DNA from: Antedon mediterranea
Taxonomy: Eukaryota; Animalia; Echinodermata
Assembly (NCBI RefSeq): GCF_964355755.1
Contig: NC_092670.1
Location: 28,632,388 to 28,696,387 of the forward strand
Direction: 5' to 3'
Length of the DNA stretch: 64,000 bases
Shown here piece after piece: positions 51,181 to 64,000 of this stretch. The notes below the pieces were generated by a model. The model was given only the letters and a program-made list of their open reading frames with translations, was not told the origin of the DNA and did not search any database. How positions within the stretch are numbered: the first letter of the stretch is position 1; every line of letters begins with the position of its first letter. Both the position numbers and the translations under genes were made by a program.

Positions 51181-51530
51181 ATCCGTCTCTCTTTCGCTGA
51201 TCTGTCTATCTCTCGCTGATCTGTCTCTCTCTCGCTGATCTGTCTCTCTCGCTGATCTGTCTCTCTCTCGATGATCTGTCTTTCTCTCGCTGATCTGTCT
51301 CTCTCTCGCTGATCTGTCTCTCTCTCTCGCTGATCTGTCTCTCTCTCTCTCTCGCTGATCTGTCTCTCTCTCGCTGATCTGTCTCTCTCTCGCTGATCTG
51401 TCTCTCTCTCTCGCTGATCTGTCTCTCCCTCGCTGATCTGTCTCTCTCTCTCTCTCGCTGATCTGTCTCTCTCTCGCTGATCTGTGTCTCTCTCGCTGAT
51501 CTGTGTCTCTCTCGCTAATCTGTGTCTCTC
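50920..51530 (+). repeat. Satellite array 4 (CT strand on +)
   Basis: CTCGCTGATCT(A/G)TCTCTCT units. Confidence 0.97.
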
Positions 51531-53240
51531 TGGTCTAAAACGTCCCCAAACGCGATTTGAAGCTATTCTAAGCACTTTGGTGTTTTTATGTTAACAAGTT
51601 TTTTCGAAAATCACAAAATGGTTTAAAACGTCTCGAAATGCGATTTGAAGCTATTCTAAGCACTTTGGTGTGTTTATGTTAACAAGTTTTTTCGAAAATC
51701 ACAAAATGGTCTAAAACGTCCCCAAATGCGATTTGAAGCTATTCTGTGCACTTTGCAGTTTTGTGTGAAAATTTTTTGTCGAAATGCTCAAAATGATCAA
51801 AAACGTTTTTAAATACGATATTAAGCTATTTTGTGCTCTTTGATGTTTTTGTGTGAAAAGTTTTATCGAAATGCTCAAAATGGTCTAAAACGGTTTCTAA
51901 TGTGATTTTAAGCACTTTGATGTTTTTATGTTAACAAGTTTTTTCGAAAATCACAAAATGGTCTAAAACGTATCAAAATGAGATTTGAAGCTATTCTAAG
52001 CACTTTGGTGTTTTTATGTTAACAAGTTTTTTCGAAAATCACAAAATGGTCTAAAATGTCTCCAAATGCGATTTGAAGCTATTTTAATTAAGCACTTTGG
52101 TGTTTTTGTGTAATCAAGTTTTTTCGAAAATCACAAAATTGTCTAAAACGTCTCCAAATGCGATTTGAAGCTATTCTTAGCACTTTCGTGTTTTTATGTT
52201 AACAAGTTTTTTTGAAAATCACAAAATGGTCTAAAACGTCTCCAAATGCGATTTTAAGCTATTCTAAACACTTTGGTGTTTTTATGTTAACAAGTTTTTG
52301 CGAAAATCAAAAAATGGTCTAAAACGTCTCCAAATGCGATTTGATGCTATTCTAAATACTTTGGTGTTTTTATGTTAACAATTTTTTTCGAAAATCACAA
52401 AATGGTCTAAAACGTCTCCAAATGCGATTTGAAGCTATTTTAAGCACTTTGGTATTTTTGTGTAACCAAGTTTTTTCGACAATCACAAAATGGTCTAAAA
52501 CGTCTCCAAATGCGATTTGAAGCTATTCTAAGCACTTTGGTGTTTTTATGTTAACAAGTTTTTTCAAAAATCACAAAATGGTCTAAAACGTCTCCAAATG
52601 CGATTTGAAGCTATTCTGTACACTTTGATGTTTTTATGTTAACAACTTTTTTAGAAAATCACAAAATGGTCTAAAACGTCTCCAAATGCGATTTGATGCT
52701 ATTCTAAATACTTTGGTGTTTTTATGTTAACAAGTTTTTTCGAAAATCACAAAATGGTCTAAAACGTCTCCAAATGCGATTTGAAGCTATTTTAAGCACT
52801 TTGGTATTTTTGTGTAACCAAGTTTTTTCGACAATCACAAAATGGTCTAAAACGTCTCCAAATGCGATTTGAAGCTATTCTAAGCACTTTGGTGTTTTTA
52901 TGTTAACAAGTTTTTTCAAAAATCACAAAATGGTCTAAAACGTCTCCAAATGCGATTTGAAGCTATTCTGTACACTTTGATGTTTTTATGTTAACAACTT
53001 TTTTAGAAAATCACAAAATGGTCTAAAACGTCTCCAAATGCGATTTGATGCTATTCTAAATACTTTGGTGTTTTTATGTTAACAAGTTTTTTCGAAAATC
53101 ACAAAATGGTCTAAAACGTCTCCAAATGCGATTTGAAGCTATTTTAAGCACTTTGGTATTTTTGTGTAACCAAGTTTTTTCGACAATCACAAAAGGGTCT
53201 AAAATGTCTCAAAATGCGATTTGAAGCTATTCTAAGCACT
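51531..53240. repeat. 88-bp tandem satellite, about 19 copies, with a 352-bp four-unit higher-order repeat
   Basis: TGGTCTAAAACG at 52227, 52315, 52403 and onward; variant GATGCTATTCTAAATACT at 52343, 52695 and 53047. Confidence 0.96.
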
Positions 53241-54377
<1,137 letters not shown>

Positions 54378-54936
54378 GCTAACGCCATAATTGTCAGTCA
54401 AGTGGTCTTTTGTCTGTTTACTTAGTCCAGTGATTATTTAGCCAAGTTTGATACAGTATATATTTTATATACTTTTTTTCAGTGGTTCCTAATATTATGT
54501 TAATGGAAAGTAACTGGTACAGGATAAATATATATTAGTAGTTTTATTACAAAAATGAATGTTGTTGTTCTTATAACTACAATGTTCATAACATAGCACA
54601 ATATTGGCCTTCAATCCCCTTCAATATGACAGATAATTACATTATTTGACCTATATATTCCGTCTGAAGAGAAATCATATATTTTGTATGTGTGTATTGC
54701 AATGTACATCTCATGAGTTTTAATTTGATACCAAACTTGGTATGTATATACGAAATTTAAGTTTTCTCCTAATTACGTAATACTAAAAAAAGGGCGTGGT
54801 CCAAATGACGTCCTTAAATTGTTCCGATTTTTGGGCACCCCTTCTTGGATTGTTAGATATACCCTAAAGAAGGTTTGTGCCAAATTTGGTGCTTTTGTCA
54901 CAAAGTGCACAAAAAAAGTGCTAAGTTACCCTGCTA
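54378..54936. mobile_element. Terminal fragment of a DNA transposon, Academ-like right end
   Basis: Ends CCAAATTTGGTGCTTTTGTCACAAAGTGCAC...CTGCTA, a terminus pattern I associate with Academ; no matching left TIR. Confidence 0.45.
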
Positions 54937-54938
54937 AT

Positions 54939-55088
54939 AGAGAGAGATTGAGATAGAGAGAGAGAGAAATAGATCAGCGAGAGAGAGATCAGCGAAAGAG
55001 ATCAGCGAGAGAGAAAAAGCGAGAGAGAGATCAGCGAAAGATATAAGCCGAGGAGAGAGAGAGAAGCGAGAGAGAGATCAGCGAAAGA
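54939..55088 (-). repeat. Remainder of the inverted satellite
   Basis: GATCAGCGAGAGAG units. Confidence 0.9.
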
Positions 55089-55089
55089 G

Positions 55090-55647
55090 GGGCTTTCTAT
55101 ATCTTATCTTGTTGCAAATTTTCATTTACGCGACGTTTCTACCGACAAATAGAACAGAAGAATTGCCCTTACGTCTCTTGCGAAAGTTGACTTCAATTCA
55201 ACTTTCGTAATAGACGTACGAAACGTAACGCAAGGGCGTTCAAAAGCGTAATATCAAAAATCCCGGTTTCCTGTGAAATCGGAAGACAACGTCGTAACGC
55301 AACAATTGGTAGGTCATCGGTTTCTTGTAAAATCGTTTGTCGTTACCATTTTTCTTACGTTGCGTCGATTTTATAAATTTTCGATCGTAATCGGTTTCCT
55401 GTAAAAATCCGCATTTCTTAGGACAAATCGACGTAGTCGCAACAAAAGTGATGTTCTTACGTCGACAGGAAACCAGCCTTCATCGGTTTCCGGTAAAATC
55501 GTTTGTCGTTACCATTTTTCTTACGTTGCGTCAATTTTATAAATTTTCGATCGTAATCGGTTTCCTGTAAAATCCACATTTATTACGACAAATCGACGTA
55601 GTCGCAACAAAAGTGATGTTCTTACGTCGACAGGAAACCAGGCTTTA
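55090..55647. mobile_element. CpG-rich element fragment with a duplicated ~165-bp end; PIF/Harbinger-like terminus
   Basis: 55315-55479 is repeated at 55481-55644; ends GGAAACCAGGCT|TTA. Confidence 0.45.
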
Positions 55648-55689
55648 CTCATTCAGGGCCGCATCGTATGATGTATAGTTCTCATAGCC

Positions 55690-57496
55690 TATTATTATAC
55701 ACCTACAAGCCCTTTTCTGGACGCGTTCAATCAGGTTGGATTGTGCGTGGGCTATACCAAAATGCCAAACTGGGGGGGGGGGGCGTATTCTAAAACGGGT
55801 ATGATGTAGACCTTAAATACAATGGAAAGCTCCTTCTTATTGAAACCACTTAGCTTGAGAAGTCTCAACATGAATAGTTTTTGGTTCCCCTTCTTAACTA
55901 TTTCATTTGTATTGCTCTCCCATCTAAGATCATTATCAATCACGACACCTAGTAATTTGACTTTATCAGCAAGTGGTAACACAGTACCATTAATTGTGAA
56001 ATTCCGGTCTGGAAGTAAGCGGCGGCCAAAGAAAACTTGGAATATTTGGCATTTAGCGGGATTTAGTTTCAATTTGTTATCGGACGCCCATTGGGAGAGT
56101 ATATTGATGGAATTTTGAATTATACTATTCTCCAATGGCTTAATTTTTCCCACTAAGGTAAGATCGTCAACATACTTCCAGACCGGAATTCCAGCTTCAT
56201 TTGACCCATCAAGAGCGTTATTAATAACGACCAGGAATATAAAAACAGCAAGTAGGGTTCCTTGGGGAACACCCCCAGTAAGGATGACCCACTGCGAATA
56301 TACGTCTTTGTATTTGACTCTTTGGCGTCTTTCAATCAAAAAGTCAATTATCCACTTCAACAAGGAGGCAGGGATATTGAGATCTAATAATTTAGACACT
56401 GTTATAGTGTGATCGACCAGGTCAAACGCCTAAAGTCGGTAAGTACTAGAGTGCAAATATTACTTGCCACATCAGTATTGGAAGCAAGAAAATGGTGGAT
56501 GTCTATTAGGCAGTGGGTTGTGGAGACGCCATTTTGGTTTCCATATTGCCTAATGTCTAGTTTTGGTTTGATGGCGTCAATTACTAATTACTAGTTACTT
56601 TGCGTTCAGCTATTTTAGACAGGGTGGGGGTAAGAGAAATGGGCCTTAACATTTCTAGCGAAGGAGGGTACGTTTTCGGTAACATTGCTCTGGAAGTGGC
56701 GTTTCTTACATACTTTAATTTCCTGGATAGTTTTGTTTCCTTAATGGTTCATTACCATTGCTAAGTTTTTTAATAGTATTGTTCATCCATGGCTTATCAT
56801 TGGGATGAACATTAACATTTTTGGTTGGGAAGATCCTTTCAACAGCACTATTGACTAGTTCATAAAAAAGGTCTGCTTTGGATTGGACATTGGGGGTGCC
56901 TAATACAGTGTCCCAAGAAACACTTTGAATCCATCGACCAAAAGCATTAATCTCGGACTGGGGCATTGGTCTACAAGATCTGTTGATTAAGCTATTGTCG
57001 GATTTACACGTTTTTGGGGACATTATGATTACGTTATGGTCACTATGTCCTATTTTGGATTTGATAAAACGGATATCATACATGTCATTAACGTTAGTAA
57101 TGATCACATCAAGTATGCTATTTCCTCTAGTGGGGGACTTAACCACCTGTTTTAACTGATTGCCACATATATAATAGAAGGGAATTAAACTTCAGTTTGT
57201 ACAGGTCGCCACAGATAAGTAGTATACATGCCTGTGGTTTTGCTGTTCTAATAAAGTCCACGCCACTATGTAGATGGGTCAACATAGTTCCACCCAGTGT
57301 TGACTCTTTACCTGATAGGTAGGTAGGCATTTGCAACAACTAGGTACGCATGGTAGTCTGTGGTGTTTTATCAGCAACCAGTGAACTTCCAGAAGCTCAG
57401 GAACAGAAAGGTTTGTGGTGAACGCGAAATAACCGCCTACATTAAAACGCTCTGGTGGTGTGTCGTTCCGGATCCATGATTCAGTAACAAAACAGA
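55690..57496 (-). pseudogene. Decayed non-LTR retrotransposon APE-RT (CR1-group-like; different family from the L2 pair)
   Basis: VTESW, PTRGNSILD, GHSDH, DKPW, RPISLTP, AFDLVDH, GVPQGT, KYVDD, KLLGV. Confidence 0.88.
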
Positions 57497-59925
57497 TCAT
57501 CCACTATAGAGTGTCAAATTCATGCAGACAAGTACCACCCACACTGTCGCTACCATTGCCCCAACCAATAGACGGATTCAAACTCCTCCATCCATTAAAA
57601 AATGCAATGCAAAAGATAGGACATAAAGTTAAGTTTTTAGACCCTCGCCTCCAACCTCTAACTATTTCAAACTCTTGGATCCACCACTTTCCCCTCCCCA
57701 AAACTGAAAAAATCAAAAGTCAATGAGATACTCAGGCGTATGTTAATGCTACATAACAAATATTGAAGCCCTGATATGAAATTTAATTTCATTTAAGGTC
57801 AGCATGTAAAATATCGCACAATACTAAATATTGGTTTTAAATTCTATATTTTGTTTACTGTGATGGTTGGATTCAGTAGTAATTATTAATTAATAATTAT
57901 CTGATAATTATTTAATTTCCCTTAGTTGTGCATAGCAACAAATACTATGGTAACTAATATTGAGATATTATTTAAATTTTGACCGACCATTTTTCATATG
58001 ATAAAAGCTTTTAAAATTTGTCTGAAAATGCTAAAAAAATACTAAACCACCTGATTATAAATGATAATACAATTAGCTGGAAAATTGAGAGGCGCGTTGC
58101 GTTAAGAATATCGTGCATAGCCATAATACGTGATTTTGGCCCTTAATCGGCAGAATCTCCCATAAGCGGCCACTTTTCCACGTTCCGAGGGTGGCCACTT
58201 ACCAACTCATATCAACTGTATTTAACAAAAAACAATGATCTTTAGTTACGCATAGAAACACATTCTAAGATAAAATAAATAATACATTTTGACATAATTT
58301 GACCCAACAAATGACCCTTTTACAAGATCAGACATTTTCAGGGATTCAGTAGATAAGTAAATTTGGGAAAATGTAATCAATTTTTTGTAGTCATGAAACC
58401 CCGTATTAAAAGTATTGTACTTAGCTACGTATAGAAACAATACACTATAGGTAAAAAATTACAAATGCAACCAATTCTTTGTATTTATGAAAACGCAATT
58501 TTTTTTCGTTTTTAGTCGCGTGGAAGCGACTCTATAGTTCACTATGTCGGTCGGTCGGTCGGTCTGTCGGTCTGTCGGTCTGTCGGTCTGTCGGTCTGTC
58601 TGTCGGTCCGGTATCACTATGCGTTTTATCGCTTTCTGACCTTATCTTGATATCAGTTTAATCTAGCTAAGTCAATTTTTCACAGTATATTCCTTATGGC
58701 CAGGAATCGATGTGGTTATGTTTTCACGGTGCGCAATAAAAAATTACGCGGTCTACGCACGATTTAACGAAATCACGTTTGTAATCATATCTTCACAACC
58801 ATGAATCACAATTAAATAAAATTTGGTACTCATAAATTTCAGGGTATAAATCATCATATTGCAATACAATTACGTGCGTAGTGCATGTAACGCATGCGTA
58901 CGCACGTTTAAAATTTTCAAAATTTATTTTCGATGAAATAAGAGTACGTTTCAGGCAATTTTAAGCGTTTACAAAATTGCCATGAGTGCGCAGATTTTTG
59001 CGTTAAATGTTAATGCGCACTCTTTTTGCCCGATTTCTGTTTTCTTGACTTACTTTTCAACTCGAAATTACGTTATACGAGCACGTCAAAAGTGACAAGC
59101 TACGCACGTGTAAATTAAAAAAACATAACTGTTTTTAAACATTTCAACATTTTTAAACATGTTCAGTAATTTCGGTCAGTTGGTAGGTTGGTCGGTCGGT
59201 CGGTAAACACTAAGCACGCGACTGCAGCCATCTATATGGCCTTGTTTTTAAATTACTTTCCTTAGTTACACATAGAAATGGTTGCTAAGGTAACACTATA
59301 GGTAAAAATGAAAATTGTTGAGAATTCTTATGAACTATCTTGTAAATTTTGATAAAACATTAATAGTTGTAGTAAAGTGGGGGCCTGTACCTGTTTTTAA
59401 TTCTGACCCCTTTTGACCTCAAATGACCTATTTAATAGGTTAGATTTTTTTTTATGTCTTTCTGTATCTTTTTACACAAAATAGATGAAAAAATTTATAA
59501 AAACCTCGACGTAATTATTTCAAAGTTTAACATTATTTTCCATCAACTAAATATTTCAATGCAAAATACTGTTTTTCTGGCAATTAATTGAAATAAACCT
59601 GGCAACACATTCTCCTATTTTATCTAAACTATGCGTATGACTCTAGTAGCATTATGACAAGCCACATATACATTTTATTATTGGATTAGCCATATTTAAA
59701 TTTTGTTTCATGTGTTTTATTTGTTAATATTTTGTTTGTATTTTTTTGTATTTTCCGTATTTTCCTGGCAACACAAAACCTATGTACAAAATTTACTCCA
59801 GTTTTTTTTTCGTGATTATTGTTGAAAAATCTACTGACTATCAAATTACAAAACCTCGTTGATATAAAAACACCACTTTGGAAGTTATGGTATACTTTTA
59901 TAAAAAAAAAAAATTTTTAAATACC
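57497..59925. mobile_element. Terminus-less internal fragment of the 46186-50083 element
   Basis: Collinear with about 47145-49725 from ATCATCCACTATAGAGTGTCAAAT to GGTATACTTTTATAAAAAAA, with deletions. Confidence 0.9.
58511..59247 (+). mobile_element. Helentron/DINE-1-like element, close relative of 39428-40260
   Basis: TTTAGTCGCGTGGAAGCGACT...CACGCGACT...GGCCTTGTTT; absent at the homologous site near 49030. Confidence 0.8.
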
Positions 59926-61005
59926 AAAACCTATCCTTTCTTTATCTAAAGTCACTTTTCTTTTAAACTGTTATGATATCAATTACTTTGCATTCCACGA
60001 ACATGTGTATTAAAGTTTGTTCTTTTTCTAAACAAAATTCACAAATTGGTGATTCAACAATATTGATATCTTATGTAGAAAAGAGTTAGTATGTATATAT
60101 TGAAAGTGTTTAAGTTTCGTATTGATTGTGTATTTATGCAAAGTTGTGAATTTCATCATTTTCCCATCTGGACTCGATTCTATCTGGCACTGTTGCATAT
60201 TTTTTAACGAAATGGGAGTGTTTGCAGCTTCTTTTTGTTTTCATCAAATTATTTATTTTAGAATTTTCGATTATTAAATTTGATGGGTTTTTATCAGTAT
60301 TCTCAAATATTATTTGCTTCCAGTGCCTTGGAATCGAGTGTACAATTTGATGGTAAAATAAAAAATTTGGTTAAAATTGAATCGTTCTTCGAATTCTTCT
60401 AAGTTAGGAATTCGGTTTCTATGAATTCCTTGATTTCAAAACAAGAGTTATTCCATAAGGATTGTGATAAGATTTCTTTAACAGAGCTCGGTTCTTTGAA
60501 ACTATACTCGCTCCAAGCTAATAGAACGTCCTTATTAAAACAATTGAACTGTTTAAGCATCGCGGAAGATTTTGAAAAGTTACTATAAAAAATAAAGTCG
60601 TTTCCTAATTTATGTAGGTCGCTTTGAAAAAAAAGTTTCCATTTACCATCGTTTTTTCCTAGATATCTTTTAACCCAACATGCTTTTAGAGCTTGACAGT
60701 AACTTTGAACATGTGGCATCTTCAACCCTGCCTTTTCTAATTCGTTGGTCATGATTTTCCTCTTTATCTTATCAGGTTTTCCGTTCCATAAAAAATTAAA
60801 CATCTTACTTTGTATATTATTGAAGAAGTGATGGGTCCGGTAAGTTTGAAAAGTGAAAAGTTAAAATAGGCAGAACCAGTGTTTTTATTATAGTAATTTT
60901 TCCAAATAAGGTTAGGGATCTTTTTCTCCACATATTTAGTATTTTATCGATATCTTTAGATTTTTGTGGACAATTTAAATCAAATATATTATCTAAATTA
61001 CTTTA

Positions 61006-61335
61006 AAACAGCCATTAAGTCGCGTGCTACAATGCATAAAAGGCATAATTTTGACGAATTTTTGAACTTTTTCATCAAAAACGTGCGCAAATTATCCAAT
61101 TCGACGTGCTCATATGACGTAATTTTAAGTCGAAATTGTTTAAAAGTTGGTAAAATTATTATAAAAGGCTGCAAAAACATAAATCACGCAAAAAAAGTAT
61201 GTATTTAACGCTACGAGCGTACCGCACGCGTAAAAATTTGCGCGCGTATGGGAATTTTTGACATGCTCAAAATGACAAGAAACGCGTAGAAAGTTGATTA
61301 AAAAATAATTTTGCGCATTTTAAAATTTTAAATAC
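61006..61335 (-). mobile_element. Truncated Helentron/DINE-1-like variant (3' end)
   Basis: ACAGCCATTAAGTCGCGTGCTACAATGCATA is identical to the sequence starting at 39438. Confidence 0.65.
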
Positions 61336-62011
61336 TATTTTGATAGATTTAATATACGTTTATACAAATGTATTGATTTGCGATGAATGGAACATTCCAA
61401 TCTCTGTTCCACAAGTGTCTATTCCCTCAGGCGTCGTAAAGGCAAGTACTGTATACTCATAACAGAAATTCGATCCATTTATTTTTTCAATCTGTTCTGC
61501 AGAGGTTGGATATAAATTTTTTTTAAACGGATAAAGAGCTACCGTTTTCACTCGCCGTATATTATGTATAAATCTTTATTATTGCAGTTAAACCACCCAC
61601 ATCATCACCCTTACCTCACTGGCATGAGTAGCGTTGTAAAACCAGTAGAGGATAGGCCTACGGTACATCACATGCCCTAAACGCAGAACAACTTTGGTGG
61701 GTAGGGTAGGAACCAACTTAAGTATGAATTGGCTCTAAGAAACAATTGAAAACCATTAGGCCTACTAATTAAGTTGAGTTAGATAATTTAATATTTATTG
61801 ACGATTAAATCGAATTTATGATTTTCCCCGAATAGAGGTGGTTTTCACAAATTGTTTTACATTATATAAACATATACACGTCGTAGTGATGTATCGTTAC
61901 ATGTAGGGCCTACTGTACTATTTCAATCGACTAGGACGGTGATAGTTTCAACAAAGTATTACATCGCAATGTTTTACTGTGTTTAGTGGTATATTATTTG
62001 TAAACATGAAA

Positions 62012-62330
62012 ACAATAATAATAATAATAATAACTGGTACTTGATATAGCGCATTATGCTGAAAGCCTCAATGCGCTTTACAAAGACAGAAAAATTTAGA
62101 AATTTACAAATTAAAAAGTGGGTTTTGAGGAGAGATTTGAAGACACTGGTGGAAGTAGCCTGACGGATTTCAATAGGCAACGCTTTCCATGGAGAAACGG
62201 ATGCCGAAGAAAATGAACGATTTCCATAAAACTTAGTGGAAGGATGAAATATATGGGCAAGAAGAGACTCAGATCTAGATCTCAGAGACCGCTTAGGAAC
62301 ATAAGGTTGAATAAGTTCAATTAATATTTC
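62012..62330 (-). mobile_element. 3' fragment of another L2-type LINE
   Basis: YVPKRSLRS...GNRSFS...WKALP...FKSLLKTH, then AAGCGCATTGAG...GCGCTATAT and an (ATT)n tail. Confidence 0.8.
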
Positions 62331-62647
62331 GTTACTAAATGGATAAAGAATAATATTTAAAAATTGTTCCTCTTTGCACCCATCCTCTTCCCCATCCCTC
62401 AACCCTAATGTCACATACAAAACACAAATTAAGTTTGTTTAAATTTGACTTAAACAATTGGTTTCTCTTTCGGAAGTAATTCCCATGGTGCTAATTTTAG
62501 TTGAGTACATAAATCACAGTGTCTATTTATTCGTTCCTGTAGGCTGTAAACGACATGTATTATTGTCCTGCGGTACGTACATTTGAAATCGCCAGTTTTT
62601 TAACGCTGAAATTATTATGTATTCGAGAACCATCTGTGGGCACGACC

Positions 62648-62686
62648 TAGATGGTACGCGAACGAAGCGAGCGTACCATCTAGTTT
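62648..62686 (+). mobile_element. Hairpin ending in CTAG|T, Helitron-like 3' terminus
   Basis: CTAGATGGTACGC-GAACGAAGCGA-GCGTACCATCTAG immediately before the L1/Tx1 sequence resumes. Confidence 0.55.
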
Positions 62687-63288
62687 TTCATAATTTATCT
62701 TAAGCCCTGAGGAGGATAAAGTCTAAAGTGGGCTTGATTGAATTGGAATCGTTTATATAGAATACTGTGTCGTCAGCAAATTGACTTATTTTAATGTTTA
62801 CGTTATTATAGGATATACCTTCTATTTTTTCTGTTTGATGGACTGCATTGCCTAGGATTTCCGCCCATAGAATAAACAGGTGATAGAGGGCATCCTTGTC
62901 GTAAACCACGACTAAGACTAAAAAATTCAGAAGAAAATCCGTTATTAATAACACCACTAAAAATATCATTATAGAGAAGTTTTATCCAATTTATACAATT
63001 ATTTTCAAATCCAAATTGTTCTAGTGCATAGTAAACAAAGTCCCATATTATTTTATCGAATGCTTTTTCAAAATCTACGAAAAAGGGTATATTCGTCGGA
63101 AGATTATTTCTTTGTGCCTGTTCAATAATGTCAAAGAGCAGTTTTATATTCTCGCCAATGTATCGTCCCTTAAGGAATCCAGTTTTATCAGGGCTAATCA
63201 CAGATGGTAATACTCCTTTTCGTCGTGTCGCAATGGTCTTGGAAATGATCTTATAATCGACGTTCAGTAATGAGATGGGACGCCAGTT

Positions 63289-63415
63289 TTTAGTCGCGTG
63301 GACGCGACTCTATAGTTCACTATGTCGGTCGGTCGGTCTGTCGGTCTGTCGGTCTGTCTGTCGGTCCGGTATCACTATGCGTTTTATCACGCGACTTATG
63401 GCTGTTGGCCTTGTT
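63289..63415 (+). mobile_element. Minimal (~125 bp) Helentron/DINE-1-like element
   Basis: Both termini present; inserted in a T-run that splits the LLK/NWRP codons of the RT, with no TSD. Confidence 0.8.
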
Positions 63416-64000
63416 TAACAACATTGGCGATTTGTCTTTTTTGAGAATCAATGATATTACCCCACGCCTTTGTGAAATAGAAAGACTTCCTCTTTGAAAG
63501 GAGTATTTGAATGAATTTGTTAGGGTTTGGCTAATTTCAGTCCAAAAACATTTGTAAAATTCAGCTGAGAGACCGGTTCGGTTCCTGGTGTTTTATTGTT
63601 ATCCATTTCATTTAGGGCCTCAAAATAATCTTTTCCGGAGAATGGGAGTTCACATTTTGTTTTATCTTTGTTTAAGAAAGGCGTGTTGTAAGTCGTTATT
63701 TTCTTCAGAATTGTACAATGTTTGGTAAAAAAATGTTCTTTATTTAATATATGAAGTTTATTTTCCAATAGTTTTGGATCGGTAATTTCACCGTTCTCAA
63801 TAATAAGTTTTGTAATGTTTTTTTTAATTATAATTTCCACGTTCTAAATTTAGGAAGTATTTCGTATTTTTTTCACCTTCCTCCACATATTTGGCTCTTG
63901 ATATAATCATAGAACCACGTGTTTTAAATTCATAAAGTTGTTCAAGTTCATTTTTTTTAAATTTAATTTGTTCGTTTAGTGTTTGATCATTTTTATCGCA

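Larger units (their letters stand above)
59926..64000 (-). pseudogene. Decayed L1/Tx1-clade ORF2 (RT and C-terminal region), interrupted at about 61006-62685 and 63289-63415
   Basis: NWRPISLLNVDYKI, TGFLKGRYIGENI, VDFEKAFD, RGLRQGCPLSP, SQFADD, SGLKINYEK, WRKRSLTLFGK, FLWNGK. Confidence 0.9.

Overview
AT-rich animal (probably invertebrate) repeat-dense DNA with no recognisable housekeeping gene. 1-9.1 kb holds a minus-strand, many-exon locus that the ORF track misses. I spliced it by hand into an acidic + two C2H2-like zinc finger module, a helical module and a Myb/SANT-like module. Clusters of same-strand tRNA-like elements with intact A/B boxes lie between the modules. Upstream is a large ~20-bp CTCGCTGATCTATCTCTCT satellite (9.1-51.5 kb). 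It contains a duplicate of the gene's 5' region and two inverted, near full-length L2/CR1-group LINEs with an SGNH-esterase ORF1. The LINEs carry a solo-LTR-like insert, a TTAA/Kolobok-type element and an Academ-like element with nested inserts. An 88-bp satellite marks the point where the CT satellite switches strand. The last 9 kb is decayed non-LTR elements, a terminus-less piece of the Kolobok-type element and Helentron/DINE-1-like elements. All family assignments come from motif recognition by eye; no database search was run.
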